The translations under genes and the position numbers were made by a program. A stretch of 63,565 bases of DNA, the filler included. It is 5 parts of 5 records of this genome, joined end to end, with 100 filler letters (N's around TTAATTAATTAA, not from the genome) between each part and the next. Parts side by side here need not be neighbours in the genome. Positions count along the whole stretch, not along the records: positions 46,783 to 56,627 come from SRR22947725_2498; positions 56,728 to 63,565 come from SRR22947725_2537; 3 more parts are not named here. The stretch is one strand, 5' to 3'. The notes under the pieces were generated by a model that saw nothing but the letters and a program-made list of their open reading frames with translations, was not told where the DNA came from and searched no databases. This document shows positions 49,565 to 59,900 of the stretch, piece by piece (positions within the stretch are counted from its first letter, which is position 1; every line of letters starts with the position of its first letter).

Positions 49565-49903
49565 TTATGATTTTACTTTTAATTTTTCTCTTCTTCTTTC
49601 AGCCCAAGATATAGCATGCTTATCCATCTTTACAGTTAAGAAACGCATAAATCTTTCATCTCTTTTAAATTCTGTCTCAAGGGGGTTAACAACAGATCCA
49701 TCTGATTGGTACTCAAACATATGGTAGAAGCCACTTTTTTTGTTTTGAATTGGGTAGGCTAATTTCTTGAGGCCCCAATTTTCAGTAAATATCATCTTTG
49801 CTCCTTTAGAGGTAAGAAAACTTTCGTATTTCTTCACTGTTTCCTTTATCTGATCTTCAGATAAAACGGGATTTAAGATGAAAACAGTTTCATAATGATT
49901 CAT
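49565..49903 (-). CDS. rpsF: 30S ribosomal protein S6
   Basis: [22 protein letters not shown]. Confidence 0.98.
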   Translation of the reverse strand: MNHYETVFILNPVLSEDQIKETVKKYESFLTSKGAKMIFTENWGLKKLAYPIQNKKSGFYHMFEYQSDGSVVNPLETEFKRDERFMRFLTVKMDKHAISWAERRREKLKVKS

Positions 49904-49936
49904 AAAAATTTATTTTTTTTGTTTATTAAACGGGTG

Positions 49937-49944
49937 CGAAAATA
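49937..49944 (-). promoter_or_regulatory. Putative Bacteroidota -7 promoter element for rpsF
   Basis: TATTTTCG(C), a near match to TAnnTTTG, about 33 nt upstream of the ATG. Confidence 0.45.
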
Positions 49945-50045
49945 GTTATTTTATATCATATCTACAATTATTTAAACTTTTATTATTTAATAAAATAGTG
50001 TTTTAAAATCCACTGATATTTATTAATTTTAAAAAAACCCAATAA

Positions 50046-50726
50046 ATGAACTGTATTGTAATTGATGAAAATATTGAAGACTTAAAAAGTCTAGTCACTA
50101 AAATTAATTTATTTCCGAGTTTAAATATGGTTGGACGATTTTCAAATTATATTGATGCAAAACTTCATGTAAATAAGAACCAAGTAGACATAATCATTGT
50201 TGAGATTAGCAAGGATCATGAAAGTTGTTTTAGTTTTTTAGACTCTTTAACAAAAAACATTAAAATTATATTTACTAGTCATGATACCCAATTTGCTTTT
50301 AGAGCATTTAATTACAACTGTATTGATTATCTAAAAAAACCAATATCTGAAGAGAGATTTAAAAAAGCAATAAACAAGCTAAATAATCTAAATCAAAAAA
50401 ATAATGGCAATCATATTTATGTAAAAAGTAAACTAAAAAAGAAAAAAATATACCTAACTAATATTAAATGGATTGAAGCATTAGGTGATTACATAAAGTT
50501 GATTACAAACTCAGGAAATATAGTAATGCTATCATCTTTAAAATCCTTCGAAAAAGAATTACCAAAAGATAAATTTATGAGAATACATAAGTCCTATATT
50601 GTTAATTTGGAGAAAATTGAGACTTATGATAGTAAATATGTATTTATTGATTCAGAAAAAATACCACTTAGTAGAAATAAAAAAATTGAATTAGATTCAG
50701 CCTTAACTTCAAAAAATAATCAATAG
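50046..50726 (+). CDS. LytTR family response regulator with degenerate receiver
   Basis: DYLKKP, WIEALGDYIK, FMRIHKSYIVN; phospho-Asp position reads Glu (IIIVEIS). Confidence 0.9.
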   Translation: MNCIVIDENIEDLKSLVTKINLFPSLNMVGRFSNYIDAKLHVNKNQVDIIIVEISKDHESCFSFLDSLTKNIKIIFTSHDTQFAFRAFNYNCIDYLKKPISEERFKKAINKLNNLNQKNNGNHIYVKSKLKKKKIYLTNIKWIEALGDYIKLITNSGNIVMLSSLKSFEKELPKDKFMRIHKSYIVNLEKIETYDSKYVFIDSEKIPLSRNKKIELDSALTSKNNQ

Positions 50727-53167
50727 CTGTCAACATTTATAATAACCTGAACAGATCTAAATTTTGCTATACTACTTAGTGATTTTTTAGATTTTATTAT
50801 AATATTTTTAGTTTGATTTAAAGATTGGTTTTTTTGAATTTTTATTAATATATTTTTCTGAAATTTATTTCTAACTCTAATTATGTGAGGGAATTCTGGG
50901 CCTAAAATATTTTTTTTAAAAAATTGTCTTAGATATTTACCTAACCAATCTGAAGATTCATTAATTATTGAATAGTCTTTATGCTTAAGAGTTATTTTTA
51001 TCAGTTTACAATTTGGAGGATAATTATACTTAACTCTATCTAAAATCTCTTCTTCAAACATGGAAATATAATCATCATTTATTATATTTTGTAAAATTTT
51101 ATGTTTCGGATTGTAGGTCTGAAGACAAACTTTTCCTCTTTCAGATGACCTACCTGCCCTACCTGAAACTTGCTGAATTAGCTGAAAACTTCTTTCGTAG
51201 GCTCTAAAATCAGGAAAATTTAAAGAATTATCTGCATTTAAAATACCAACTAGCTTCACATTTTTAAAATCTAAACCTTTTGTGATCATCTGAGTTCCAA
51301 TCAGAATATCAATTTTTTGATTTTCAAAATCTGAAATTAACCTTTCGAAACTATTTTTCTTTCTAGTTGTGTCATAATCTAACCTTTTCACTCTATAGTT
51401 TGGAAATAAAGCCTTAACCTCCTCCTCTACCTGTTCAGTACCGAAACCAACGCTAATAATATTATTAGAGTTACAGGATTTACAATTATTAATTAAAGGA
51501 ATACCATAGCCACAATAATGACATTTTAAAGAATTAGTATTTAAATGATAAGTTAAACTTACATCACAATTTATACATGTTGGAGAAGCCCCACAATCCT
51601 CACACTCAACTATTGGAGAAAAACCCCTTCTATTTTGGTATAAAATAACTTGTTTGTGATTACTTACAGTATTAAAAATTTCACTTATTAAGGAATCACT
51701 AAAATGACCATTCATTAATTTTTTAGCATATTTCATTTTCAAATCAATCAACTCAATAACAGGCATTAAAACATTATTATACCTATTTTTAAGTTCAACA
51801 AGATCATACTTGTTTAATACAACTGCATTATTATAAGACTCAACACTAGGAGTTGCAGAACCCAATAAAATATTAGATTTAAAAATTCTTGACAAAACTA
51901 ATGATGCATCTCTAGCATGATATCTAGGAGCAGGCTCTTGCTGTTTATAAGACTGCTCGTGCTCTTCATCGACTATTATTAGTTTAAGGCTCTTAAAAGG
52001 TATAAGTAGTGAAGATCTAGCACCTATTATAAGTTGACAAGATTCATTAGCAGAAATCTTATTCCAAACTTCAACCCTTTGATTTATAGAATAACCAGAA
52101 TGATAAACCAACACTTTATCTCCGAAAAAATTAGCTAATCTTTTTACAACCTGTGTGGTCAATGCAATTTCAGGGACCAAATAAAGAACTTGATTTTTAT
52201 TAATTAATGCCTTTTGAATTAATTTAATATAGACTTCAGTCTTACCAGAAGATGTAACTCCGTGAAACAAAACTGGATTATTCTTTTTAAAAGACAATAG
52301 AATTTTTTCAAAAGCCTTTTCTTGACTCTGACTTAAATTGTTAATTGGAGATGTATTTGATGGTAAATTGTTAAAACGATTAATTTCAACAAAATGTTCT
52401 TTCAAAATTTTCTTATCAATCAATTGTTTGATTATACTTGAACTAACATCTAATTTCTTTTTTAAATCTTCAACTGAAATAGACTCTTTTAAATTTAATT
52501 TTACAAGATTTAAATACAAAGACAATTGTTTAGGTGATCGCTTTAGTTTTACTTTAATTTCAGAAACAGAAAAAGTGCCCTTATTTAAAGAATTAATTTC
52601 TACAAATCTTTTTAATTTTGGTTTGTACTTAGAATATAGCTTTTCATCAATTTGTATAATCTGTTTATCGTTTAAAGATTGTATGATTTTAAATACATTT
52701 TTTTTATTTAAAATTTCAGATATTTCATGAATTGACAATTCTAGTCCCTTTAATAAAGCTTCATAAATTAAAAATTCATCATCACTTAACTCATTGTGAT
52801 TAAATTCTGTTTTTTTATTTAAACTAATTATAGTTTCACTCTCTATAAGTAAAACTGATGGAATGGAAGCTTTCATCACCTCGCCAATGCCACACATGTA
52901 ATAATTAGACATCCAATCCCAAAAACTTAATTGATTTTGATTAACGATAGGAGTTTCGTCAATAATCTGATGAATAGGTTTGACATCATAAGATAACGGC
53001 CTCTGATTATGTAAACTAGAGACGATTCCAGTAATAATTCTACTTTTACCAAACGGAACAGACACTCTAGATCCTGGTTTAATAAAATCAAATTCACTTT
53101 CTGTAATTTCGTAGCAAAATAGCTGGTCAATAGGGATTGGTAATATAACGTCTACGTAAAAGTTCAT
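50720..53167 (-). CDS. priA: Primosomal protein N'
   Basis: GVTSSGKTEVY, VPEIALT, DEEHE.SYKQ, CxxC Zn motifs, QVSGRAGR. Confidence 0.97.
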   Translation of the reverse strand: MNFYVDVILPIPIDQLFCYEITESEFDFIKPGSRVSVPFGKSRIITGIVSSLHNQRPLSYDVKPIHQIIDETPIVNQNQLSFWDWMSNYYMCGIGEVMKASIPSVLLIESETIISLNKKTEFNHNELSDDEFLIYEALLKGLELSIHEISEILNKKNVFKIIQSLNDKQIIQIDEKLYSKYKPKLKRFVEINSLNKGTFSVSEIKVKLKRSPKQLSLYLNLVKLNLKESISVEDLKKKLDVSSSIIKQLIDKKILKEHFVEINRFNNLPSNTSPINNLSQSQEKAFEKILLSFKKNNPVLFHGVTSSGKTEVYIKLIQKALINKNQVLYLVPEIALTTQVVKRLANFFGDKVLVYHSGYSINQRVEVWNKISANESCQLIIGARSSLLIPFKSLKLIIVDEEHEQSYKQQEPAPRYHARDASLVLSRIFKSNILLGSATPSVESYNNAVVLNKYDLVELKNRYNNVLMPVIELIDLKMKYAKKLMNGHFSDSLISEIFNTVSNHKQVILYQNRRGFSPIVECEDCGASPTCINCDVSLTYHLNTNSLKCHYCGYGIPLINNCKSCNSNNIISVGFGTEQVEEEVKALFPNYRVKRLDYDTTRKKNSFERLISDFENQKIDILIGTQMITKGLDFKNVKLVGILNADNSLNFPDFRAYERSFQLIQQVSGRAGRSSERGKVCLQTYNPKHKILQNIINDDYISMFEEEILDRVKYNYPPNCKLIKITLKHKDYSIINESSDWLGKYLRQFFKKNILGPEFPHIIRVRNKFQKNILIKIQKNQSLNQTKNIIIKSKKSLSSIAKFRSVQVIINVDSY

Positions 53168-53218
53168 TTTAAATACTTAAAATAACATTGATTTATCTAC
53201 AGTTTTTATTAAAATATT

Positions 53219-53226
53219 TAAATTTG
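53219..53226 (+). promoter_or_regulatory. Putative Bacteroidota -7 promoter element upstream of rlmH
   Basis: TAAATTTG matches TAnnTTTG. Confidence 0.4.
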
Positions 53227-53316
53227 TATCAAGAAATATCACTAAGAATTTATCAAAGAAAACATACAATACACTAAAAAATAATATATTTATAAAAATA
53301 CAATTAAATTTTATTA

Positions 53317-53784
53317 ATGAACATAAAACTAGTAGTTATTGGAGAGACAAATAATAAGAATTTAAAAGCACTTACAGACCAGTATATTAATAAACTAAAA
53401 CACTACATTACATTTGACTTAATTATTATTAAGGATCAAAAAAAAAAATTACCAGAAAGTATTCAAATTAAAAAAGAAGGAGAAAAAATATTATCCATTT
53501 TAAAAAAAAATGAATTTATCATACTACTAGATGAAAATGGGGAACACAAATCATCTGTTGGATTTTCTAAGTTCATACAAAAGAAATTAAATTCGGGAAT
53601 GAAAAATATCACTTTCATAGTAGGTGGACCCTATGGTTTTTCAAGTGAAATAAAATCTATATCAAATTATCAATTATCATTATCTAAAATGACATTTTCT
53701 CATGAGATGATTAGACTGTTTTTTACAGAACAACTCTATAGAGCTTTTAGTATTCTTAAGAATGAACCTTATCATCACCAATAA
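53317..53784 (+). CDS. rlmH: 23S rRNA (pseudouridine-1915-N3)-methyltransferase
   Basis: LLDENG, GGPYGFS, SLSKMTFSHEMIRL..EQLYRA, PYHH. Confidence 0.96.
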   Translation: MNIKLVVIGETNNKNLKALTDQYINKLKHYITFDLIIIKDQKKKLPESIQIKKEGEKILSILKKNEFIILLDENGEHKSSVGFSKFIQKKLNSGMKNITFIVGGPYGFSSEIKSISNYQLSLSKMTFSHEMIRLFFTEQLYRAFSILKNEPYHHQ

Positions 53785-53786
53785 TT

Positions 53787-54362
53787 ATGAAACTAATTTT
53801 CGCTACTAACAACGACGACAAAATAATTGAAGTCCAAGCATTACTAAATAAAAAATTTGAAATACAAAGTTTAAAGGACATCAATTGCTTTGATGAAATA
53901 GTTGAAAACAAAAATACTATTGAAGGAAATGCTATACTAAAAGCTGAATATATACATGAAAAATTTAAAGTTGATTGTTTTGCTGATGATACTGGTCTTG
54001 AAGTTGAGTCACTTGATGGTTTGCCTGGGGTGATGTCAAAAAGATTTTCAGGATTAGATTATAGCGCTGAAAAAAACATTAGTAAACTCTTAATTATGAT
54101 GAAGTCTGCATCAAATAGAAAAGCCAGATTCAAGACTGTAATAGCACTAATTTTAAATGGTGAATTATCAGTCTTTACTGGTATTTGTGAAGGGGAAATA
54201 GTTTTTACTAAAAAAGGATCAAAAGGATTTGGATATGACCCAATTTTTAAACCCATAGGTCATGAATTTACTTTTGCAGAAATGGATATGGAGATGAAAA
54301 ACACAATTGGTCACAGAGCAAAAGCTATGAATAAATTAATAGAATTTCTTAGCAAAAAATAA
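53787..54362 (+). CDS. rdgB: Non-canonical purine NTP pyrophosphatase (Ham1)
   Basis: FATNN..K, ADDTGLEV, GFGYDPIF, HRAKA. Confidence 0.95.
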   Translation: MKLIFATNNDDKIIEVQALLNKKFEIQSLKDINCFDEIVENKNTIEGNAILKAEYIHEKFKVDCFADDTGLEVESLDGLPGVMSKRFSGLDYSAEKNISKLLIMMKSASNRKARFKTVIALILNGELSVFTGICEGEIVFTKKGSKGFGYDPIFKPIGHEFTFAEMDMEMKNTIGHRAKAMNKLIEFLSKK

Positions 54363-54379
54363 TATCCATTAATTAACAC

Positions 54380-54387
54380 TATATTTG
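54380..54387 (+). promoter_or_regulatory. Bacteroidota -7 promoter element for the DEAD-box gene
   Basis: TATATTTG(CAC), exact TAnnTTTG, about 110 nt upstream of the ATG. Confidence 0.6.
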
Positions 54388-54495
54388 CACCTTTAAATCC
54401 TTAATCGATAAGGTAGTGTTTCAGAGGTCTCAGTTTAAGTATGTCGATAACAACTTCGTTAACACATTATATAAATCGAATATTTAAACAAAATT

Positions 54496-56418
54496 ATGAG
54501 TGAATTCAAAAAAATTGGATTAGAAGAAAATTTATTACTTGCTGTTGAAAAAATGGGGTTTGAAGCTCCTAGTGAAGTTCAAAGTAAAACAGTCCCTGTT
54601 CTTTTAGAAAAAGATACAGACTTAGTAGCCTTAGCTCAAACTGGAACTGGTAAAACAGCTGCATTTGGATTTCCAATGATCCAAAAAATTGATATCAACA
54701 GTAAAAAAACTCAAGGACTTATTTTATCGCCTACCAGAGAATTGTGTTTACAAATCACTAATGAATTAAAGCAATATGGGCAGTTTTATAAAGGATTGAA
54801 CATAACAGCTATTTATGGTGGTGCAAGTATAACTGACCAAGCTAGGTCAGTAAAGAAAGGAAGCCAAATAATTGTTGCTACACCAGGTAGAATGAAAGAT
54901 ATGATAAACAGAAATCTGGTGAATATTTCTGAAATAAAATACAGTGTTTTAGATGAAGCTGACGAAATGTTAAACATGGGTTTCTATGAAGACATTACTG
55001 ATATTCTCTCTTTTACCCCAAAAGAAAAAAACACATGGCTATTTTCTGCAACTATGCCTAAAGAAGTTTCTAATATTGCTAGAAAATTTATGAGTAGTCC
55101 TGTTGAAATCACTGTGGGTACTAAAAATGTTGGTAGCGATCAAGTATCTCATGAATATTACTTAGTTAATTCAAGAGATAGATATGCTGCTCTCAAAAGA
55201 TTAGTTGACGCTAACCCTCAGATATTTTCTGTAGTGTTTTGTCGAACTAAAAGAGATACTCAAAAAGTAGCAGAAAAACTTATTGAAGATGGTTACAACG
55301 CTGGGGCATTACATGGTGATTTAAGTCAAAGTCAAAGAGATTTAGTAATGAAGTCTTTTAGGAACAAACAAATACAATTTTTAGTAGCTACAGATGTAGC
55401 TGCGAGAGGAATCGACGTAGACAATATTACTCACGTGATTAATTATCAATTACCTGACGAAATTGAAACATACACACACAGAAGTGGTAGAACTGGTAGA
55501 GCAGGAAAAACAGGAATATCTCTTGTTATTGTATCTAAAAGTGAGATAAGGAAAATTGGACATATTCAAAAGAAAATAAAAAAAGAATTTATAAAGAAAG
55601 AGATACCTAGCAGTGAAGAAATATGTAAAATTCAACTTTTCGCTTTAGCTAATAAGGTAAATAAAACTGAAGTAAATAATAATATTGATGAATATATTGA
55701 GGAAATTAATAATTTATTCAAAAAGACTAAAAAGGCTGATCTAATCAAAAAGTTCTTTTCAGTTGAATTCAATAGATACTTTGACTACTACCAAAAATCT
55801 AAAAATTTAAATGTTGAGGGTGGGAATCAACACAGTTACTCCGATTTTTCAGATTCTGAAGAATCTAGCTCAGCAAGATATTTTATTAATATTGGTCAAA
55901 AAGATGGCTACGATTGGATGAGTCTTAAGGATTTTCTTAAGGATGTTCTTGAACTTGGAAAAGACGACGTGTTTAAAGTTGATGTGAAAGAAAGTTTTTC
56001 TTTTTTTAATACTGAAGAAGTTCACAAAGAAAAGATACTTGCATTTTTTACTGATTTTAAAGAAAACGGTCGATTTGTAAATGTTGAAATTTCTAAGGAT
56101 ATAAAAGGTAACCGCGGTAAAGGAAGATCAAATAGAGGAGATAGACGTGGTGGAAATAGAGGGTTTAAAAAATCTAATTCAAGAAGATCTGATTCAAGAA
56201 GATCTGATTCAAGAAATTCAGATAGAAGTTTTAAAAAAAGAAGTAGCTCTAATGATTCAGACAGAGGATCGAGAAGGTCTAATTCTAAAGAATCGGACAG
56301 AGGAAGTGATACTAAAAGATCTGGCTCCAGAGAGTCTGAAAATAACTCAAGTTCTAGAAGATCAAAATCATTTAATGCGGATAGCTTTTCTAGACCTAGG
56401 AGAAGTAGAAGAAAATAA
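54496..56418 (+). CDS. DEAD-box RNA helicase (DeaD/CshA-like) with DbpA-like RBD and RS-rich tail
   Basis: AQTGTGKT, PTREL, DEAD, SAT, ARGID, HRSGRTGRAG. Confidence 0.95.
   Translation: MSEFKKIGLEENLLLAVEKMGFEAPSEVQSKTVPVLLEKDTDLVALAQTGTGKTAAFGFPMIQKIDINSKKTQGLILSPTRELCLQITNELKQYGQFYKGLNITAIYGGASITDQARSVKKGSQIIVATPGRMKDMINRNLVNISEIKYSVLDEADEMLNMGFYEDITDILSFTPKEKNTWLFSATMPKEVSNIARKFMSSPVEITVGTKNVGSDQVSHEYYLVNSRDRYAALKRLVDANPQIFSVVFCRTKRDTQKVAEKLIEDGYNAGALHGDLSQSQRDLVMKSFRNKQIQFLVATDVAARGIDVDNITHVINYQLPDEIETYTHRSGRTGRAGKTGISLVIVSKSEIRKIGHIQKKIKKEFIKKEIPSSEEICKIQLFALANKVNKTEVNNNIDEYIEEINNLFKKTKKADLIKKFFSVEFNRYFDYYQKSKNLNVEGGNQHSYSDFSDSEESSSARYFINIGQKDGYDWMSLKDFLKDVLELGKDDVFKVDVKESFSFFNTEEVHKEKILAFFTDFKENGRFVNVEISKDIKGNRGKGRSNRGDRRGGNRGFKKSNSRRSDSRRSDSRNSDRSFKKRSSSNDSDRGSRRSNSKESDRGSDTKRSGSRESENNSSSRRSKSFNADSFSRPRRSRRK
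56178..56215 (+). repeat. 15-bp coding tandem repeat, about 2.5 copies
   Basis: TTCAAGAAGATCTGA x2 plus a partial copy, encoding SRRSD repeats. Confidence 0.8.
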
Positions 56419-56492
56419 TATATGTTAAATCATAGTTAAGGTGGTGATATTAGATATAAATAATTAGTTAAGTTTATTATATTTATTACTAA

Positions 56493-56627
56493 ATGATTAA
56501 AAGAAGATTATTTAATTTCCTATTTATTTTAACCAGTTTTTGTTTTTCTCAAGAAATAACTACTGTAAAGGGTGCTATTATTAACGCCAATAATAACACT
56601 CCTTTAGAAAATGTTAATATTGTTAAC
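56493..56627 (+). CDS. Secreted carboxypeptidase-regulatory-like domain protein, truncated
   Basis: Signal peptide ending FSQ, then VKG.II......PLENVNIVN. Confidence 0.7.
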
Positions 56628-56727
56628 NNNNNNNNNNNNNNNNNNNNNNNNNNNNNNNNNNNNNNNNNNNNTTAATTAATTAANNNNNNNNNNNNNNNNN
56701 NNNNNNNNNNNNNNNNNNNNNNNNNNN
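56628..56727. other. Artificial contig linker
   Basis: 44 N + TTAATTAATTAA + 44 N. Confidence 0.99.
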
Positions 56728-56930
56728 TCCTCCAACGCCGCCTGCGGGCGCTGGAGGCGGGTGCTGGAGGCGTTGTGTTGGTGGATGGTGGATGGTGGAT
56801 GGTGGTTTGGTGGTTTGGTGGTTTGGTCGGGCGGGTGGTGGTGGGGTTGCTGGGATTTCCTGGTGGTTCCTCTGCCTGGACGTCTTGGTTCGAGTGTGTG
56901 GCTCACGTGTTGGTGTCTGTGTGCGTGTAG
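56728..56930 (+). other. Probable spliceosomal intron 3' portion (donor not identified)
   Basis: GT-rich low complexity with TGGTGGA x3 and TGGTGGTT x3, branch-like CTCAC near 56902, acceptor TAG at 56928-56930. Confidence 0.65.
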
Positions 56931-59900
56931 GTCTGAGGTGGATGCGTCGCGAGCGGAGAAGCTTCGGCAGGAGATTGGGTTCACGGAGCATACGTGGCCG
57001 TTGGAGAAGGTGTACGAGTATTACGGCGGTTCCCCAGAGGGTGGGCTGAGTTCTGCGCAGGTGCTGCAGAATAGGTACGTGGCTGCCTGTGTTGTATCGG
57101 TCGTATCGGTTGTATCGGTTGTATTGTTCGTTTTGGTTGGAGTCCACGGCGTCTCATGGTGTGGTCGTCTTGGTTGCCGCTGCAGAGAAAAGTATGGCTG
57201 GAACCGTCTGACGCCGCCGGTGCTTGTGCCGTGGTGGATCAAGTACCTGATGTGCTATGCGGACGTGTTCATGCTGCTGTTGCTGTTCGGAGGTGTGCTG
57301 TGTTTCGTGGCGTACGGTATTGATCAGTCTGACCCCACGAATCTCTACCTGGGTGTGGTCCTGATCATGGTGGTGGTCATCTCGGCGACGTTTGGGTATC
57401 TGACAGAGTCGAGGGCGTCTTCGGTTATGGAGGGATTCAAGAAGCTTGTTCCGAAGAAGACCAAGGTGCTTCGTGATGGGAACATTAGCATCATCGATGC
57501 GGAGGAGCTGGTGCCGGGAGATGTGGTGGATTTCAGTGATGGGGACCAGGTGCCGGCCGATCTCCGTGTGGCGACTGCCAATGATGTCAAGGTGGACAAC
57601 TCGTCTCTGACGGGAGAGCCCGAGCCGCAGGAGCGGTACCCGGATCTGCAGATTGGTTCGAATGGCAAGCCGGTGACGGTGCCGCTCGAGGCGCAGAACC
57701 TCATGTTCTACACGACCATCATCGTGGCCGGGTCGGGGCGTGGTATTGTGATTGGTACTGGAGATAGGACGGTTATGGGGCAGATTGCCGGGCTTGCTTC
57801 GGAGTCTTCGAACGATGAGGCCACGCAGTTCCAGAAGGAGGTGGACGTTTTTATCAAGATCATCTCGGTGATTGCCATATTGATCGGCGTGGTGTTCATT
57901 CTGATCGGAATTTTTGTGGCCGGGGCTGATGCGATTGCCATGGTGGTGTTCGCCATCGGTATCATCGTCGGTACGGTGCCAGAGGGTCTTCTGCTGACGC
58001 TCACGGTGTCGTTGGCGCTCTCGGCAAAGCACATGTACTCGAAGAACGTGCTGGTGAAGGGCATGCCGAGTGTGGAGAACCTGGGTTCGACGACCGTGAT
58101 TGCTTCGGATAAGACGGGAACGCTGACGCAGAACCGGATGACCGTGCAGCACGCGTGGTACGATGGTCAGCTGGTGACGGTCCCCGCCGCCAGGAACCAG
58201 CCGCAGCTCAAGGCTGCGATGCGCCCTGGTGTGATCAAGGGTCCCAAGTACGATGTCAACTCTCCCTCTTGGCAGGCGTTGCAGCGAGTTGCGACGCTTT
58301 GCAACAACTCGAGGTTCGTGCTGACGGATGCGGACGACGAGGACAGGCCTCCGCTCAACCTCAAGGAGGAGGTCGAGACGCCCGACTTCAACCTGCTCGG
58401 ACTGCAGTGCACTGGAGACGCGTCAGAGAGTGCGCTGATCAAGTGCGTGCAGCTTCTCCGGGACGTCGAGGAGTATCACAAAGCCAACCCCAAGCTCCAC
58501 GAGATTAAGTTCAACTCGACAAACAAGTGGCAGCTGTCCATCCACAAGCCGGAGGATCCGTCCGCGAAGAACCCTTTCATGGTATTTAAGGGCGCCCCGG
58601 AGCGCGTCATCAACCGATGCACGAAGATTCTCATCGATGGTGAGGCGGTACCGCTCACGGACGAGTGGAGGAAGAAGTACCAGGACGCGTACGAGAGCCT
58701 CGGTGCGATGGGAGAGCGCGTGCTCGGGTTCGCGATGCGCAACCTCGAGAACATCCCGATGGACTATGCCTTCACGAATAAGCCAGAGCCAAACTTCCCC
58801 ACGGACAATCTCACCTTTGTGGGACTGATTTCCCTCATCGATCCTCCAAGGGAGGGTGTGCCCGAGGCCGTGGCCAAGTGCAAGCGGGCCCGCATCAAGG
58901 TGTATATGGTCACCGGAGACCATCCAATCACCGCGCTTGCCATCTCCAAGCAGGTGGGTATCATCGATCAGGATATGTGGGACGCTGGCAGGGCCATCGT
59001 CGTCAAGGGAGACGACATCAGGGACTGGATGGAGATCGAGGATCCGGAGGAGCGGCAGGCCAAGTGGGACTGGGCCCTCGACCATGAGCAGATTGTGTTT
59101 GCTCGCGTGTCGCCCGCTCATAAGCTGCTCATCGTCGAGAACTGCCAGCGCCGCGGCGAGAACGTGGCGGTGACCGGGGATGGTGTCAACGATGCCCCGG
59201 CCCTCAAGAAGGCCAACACTGGTATCGCCATGGGTATCTCCGGCAAGGACGTGTCAAAGGAGGCAGCCGATATGATTCTCATGGACGATAATTTTGCTTC
59301 CATCGTCAATGGTATCGAGGAGGGCAGGGTGATCTTCGACAACCTGAAGAAATCCATTGCCTACACCCTCGCCTCCAAGTTCCCGGAGCAGATCCCGTTC
59401 CTCCTGTTCGTGGTCATCAGCTTCCCGGCCGCCATCTCCACCATTTTGATCCTGTCGATTGACCTGGGATGCGACATGCTGCCCGCCATCTCGCTCGCCT
59501 ACGAGCCCAAGGAGGCCGACATCATGGACCGCCCGCCCAGGAATCCGGACGTGGAGCGCCTTGTCTCGAGGAGGCTCATCTCATTCTCGTACTTCCAAAT
59601 CGGTCTGATTCAGACCTGTGCCGGATTCCTTGCGTTCATGACCGTATTCAACGATTACGGGTATCAGTGGGGCAACATGATTGGCCGCGGCATCACGTGG
59701 GAGACGGGCCCTCTCTGGTGCAGGCCGCAGGTCGGCGGCACGGGTCTTTGGGCGGCAGACTGTGAATTTGGCTGCGCCGAGCCGCAGGACACGTATAACG
59801 GGATCCCCACCCTGTACAGCCAAGCGACGGACGAGAACAAGTTCTGCAAGTACGGGTGCCCGACTCCGTTCAACGGAACTGCCGACCCGTTTGTCGAGTC

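Noticed and set aside
56147-56428. 93-aa alternative-frame ORF in the DEAD-box tail (possible frameshift product)
   Set aside because: Explained by the low-complexity repeat; no slippery site or other support seen.
56761-57185. Trp/Gly/Cys-rich N-terminus of the 1290-aa ORF as a novel domain
   Set aside because: It is translated intron sequence made of GT-rich microsatellites with splice signals.
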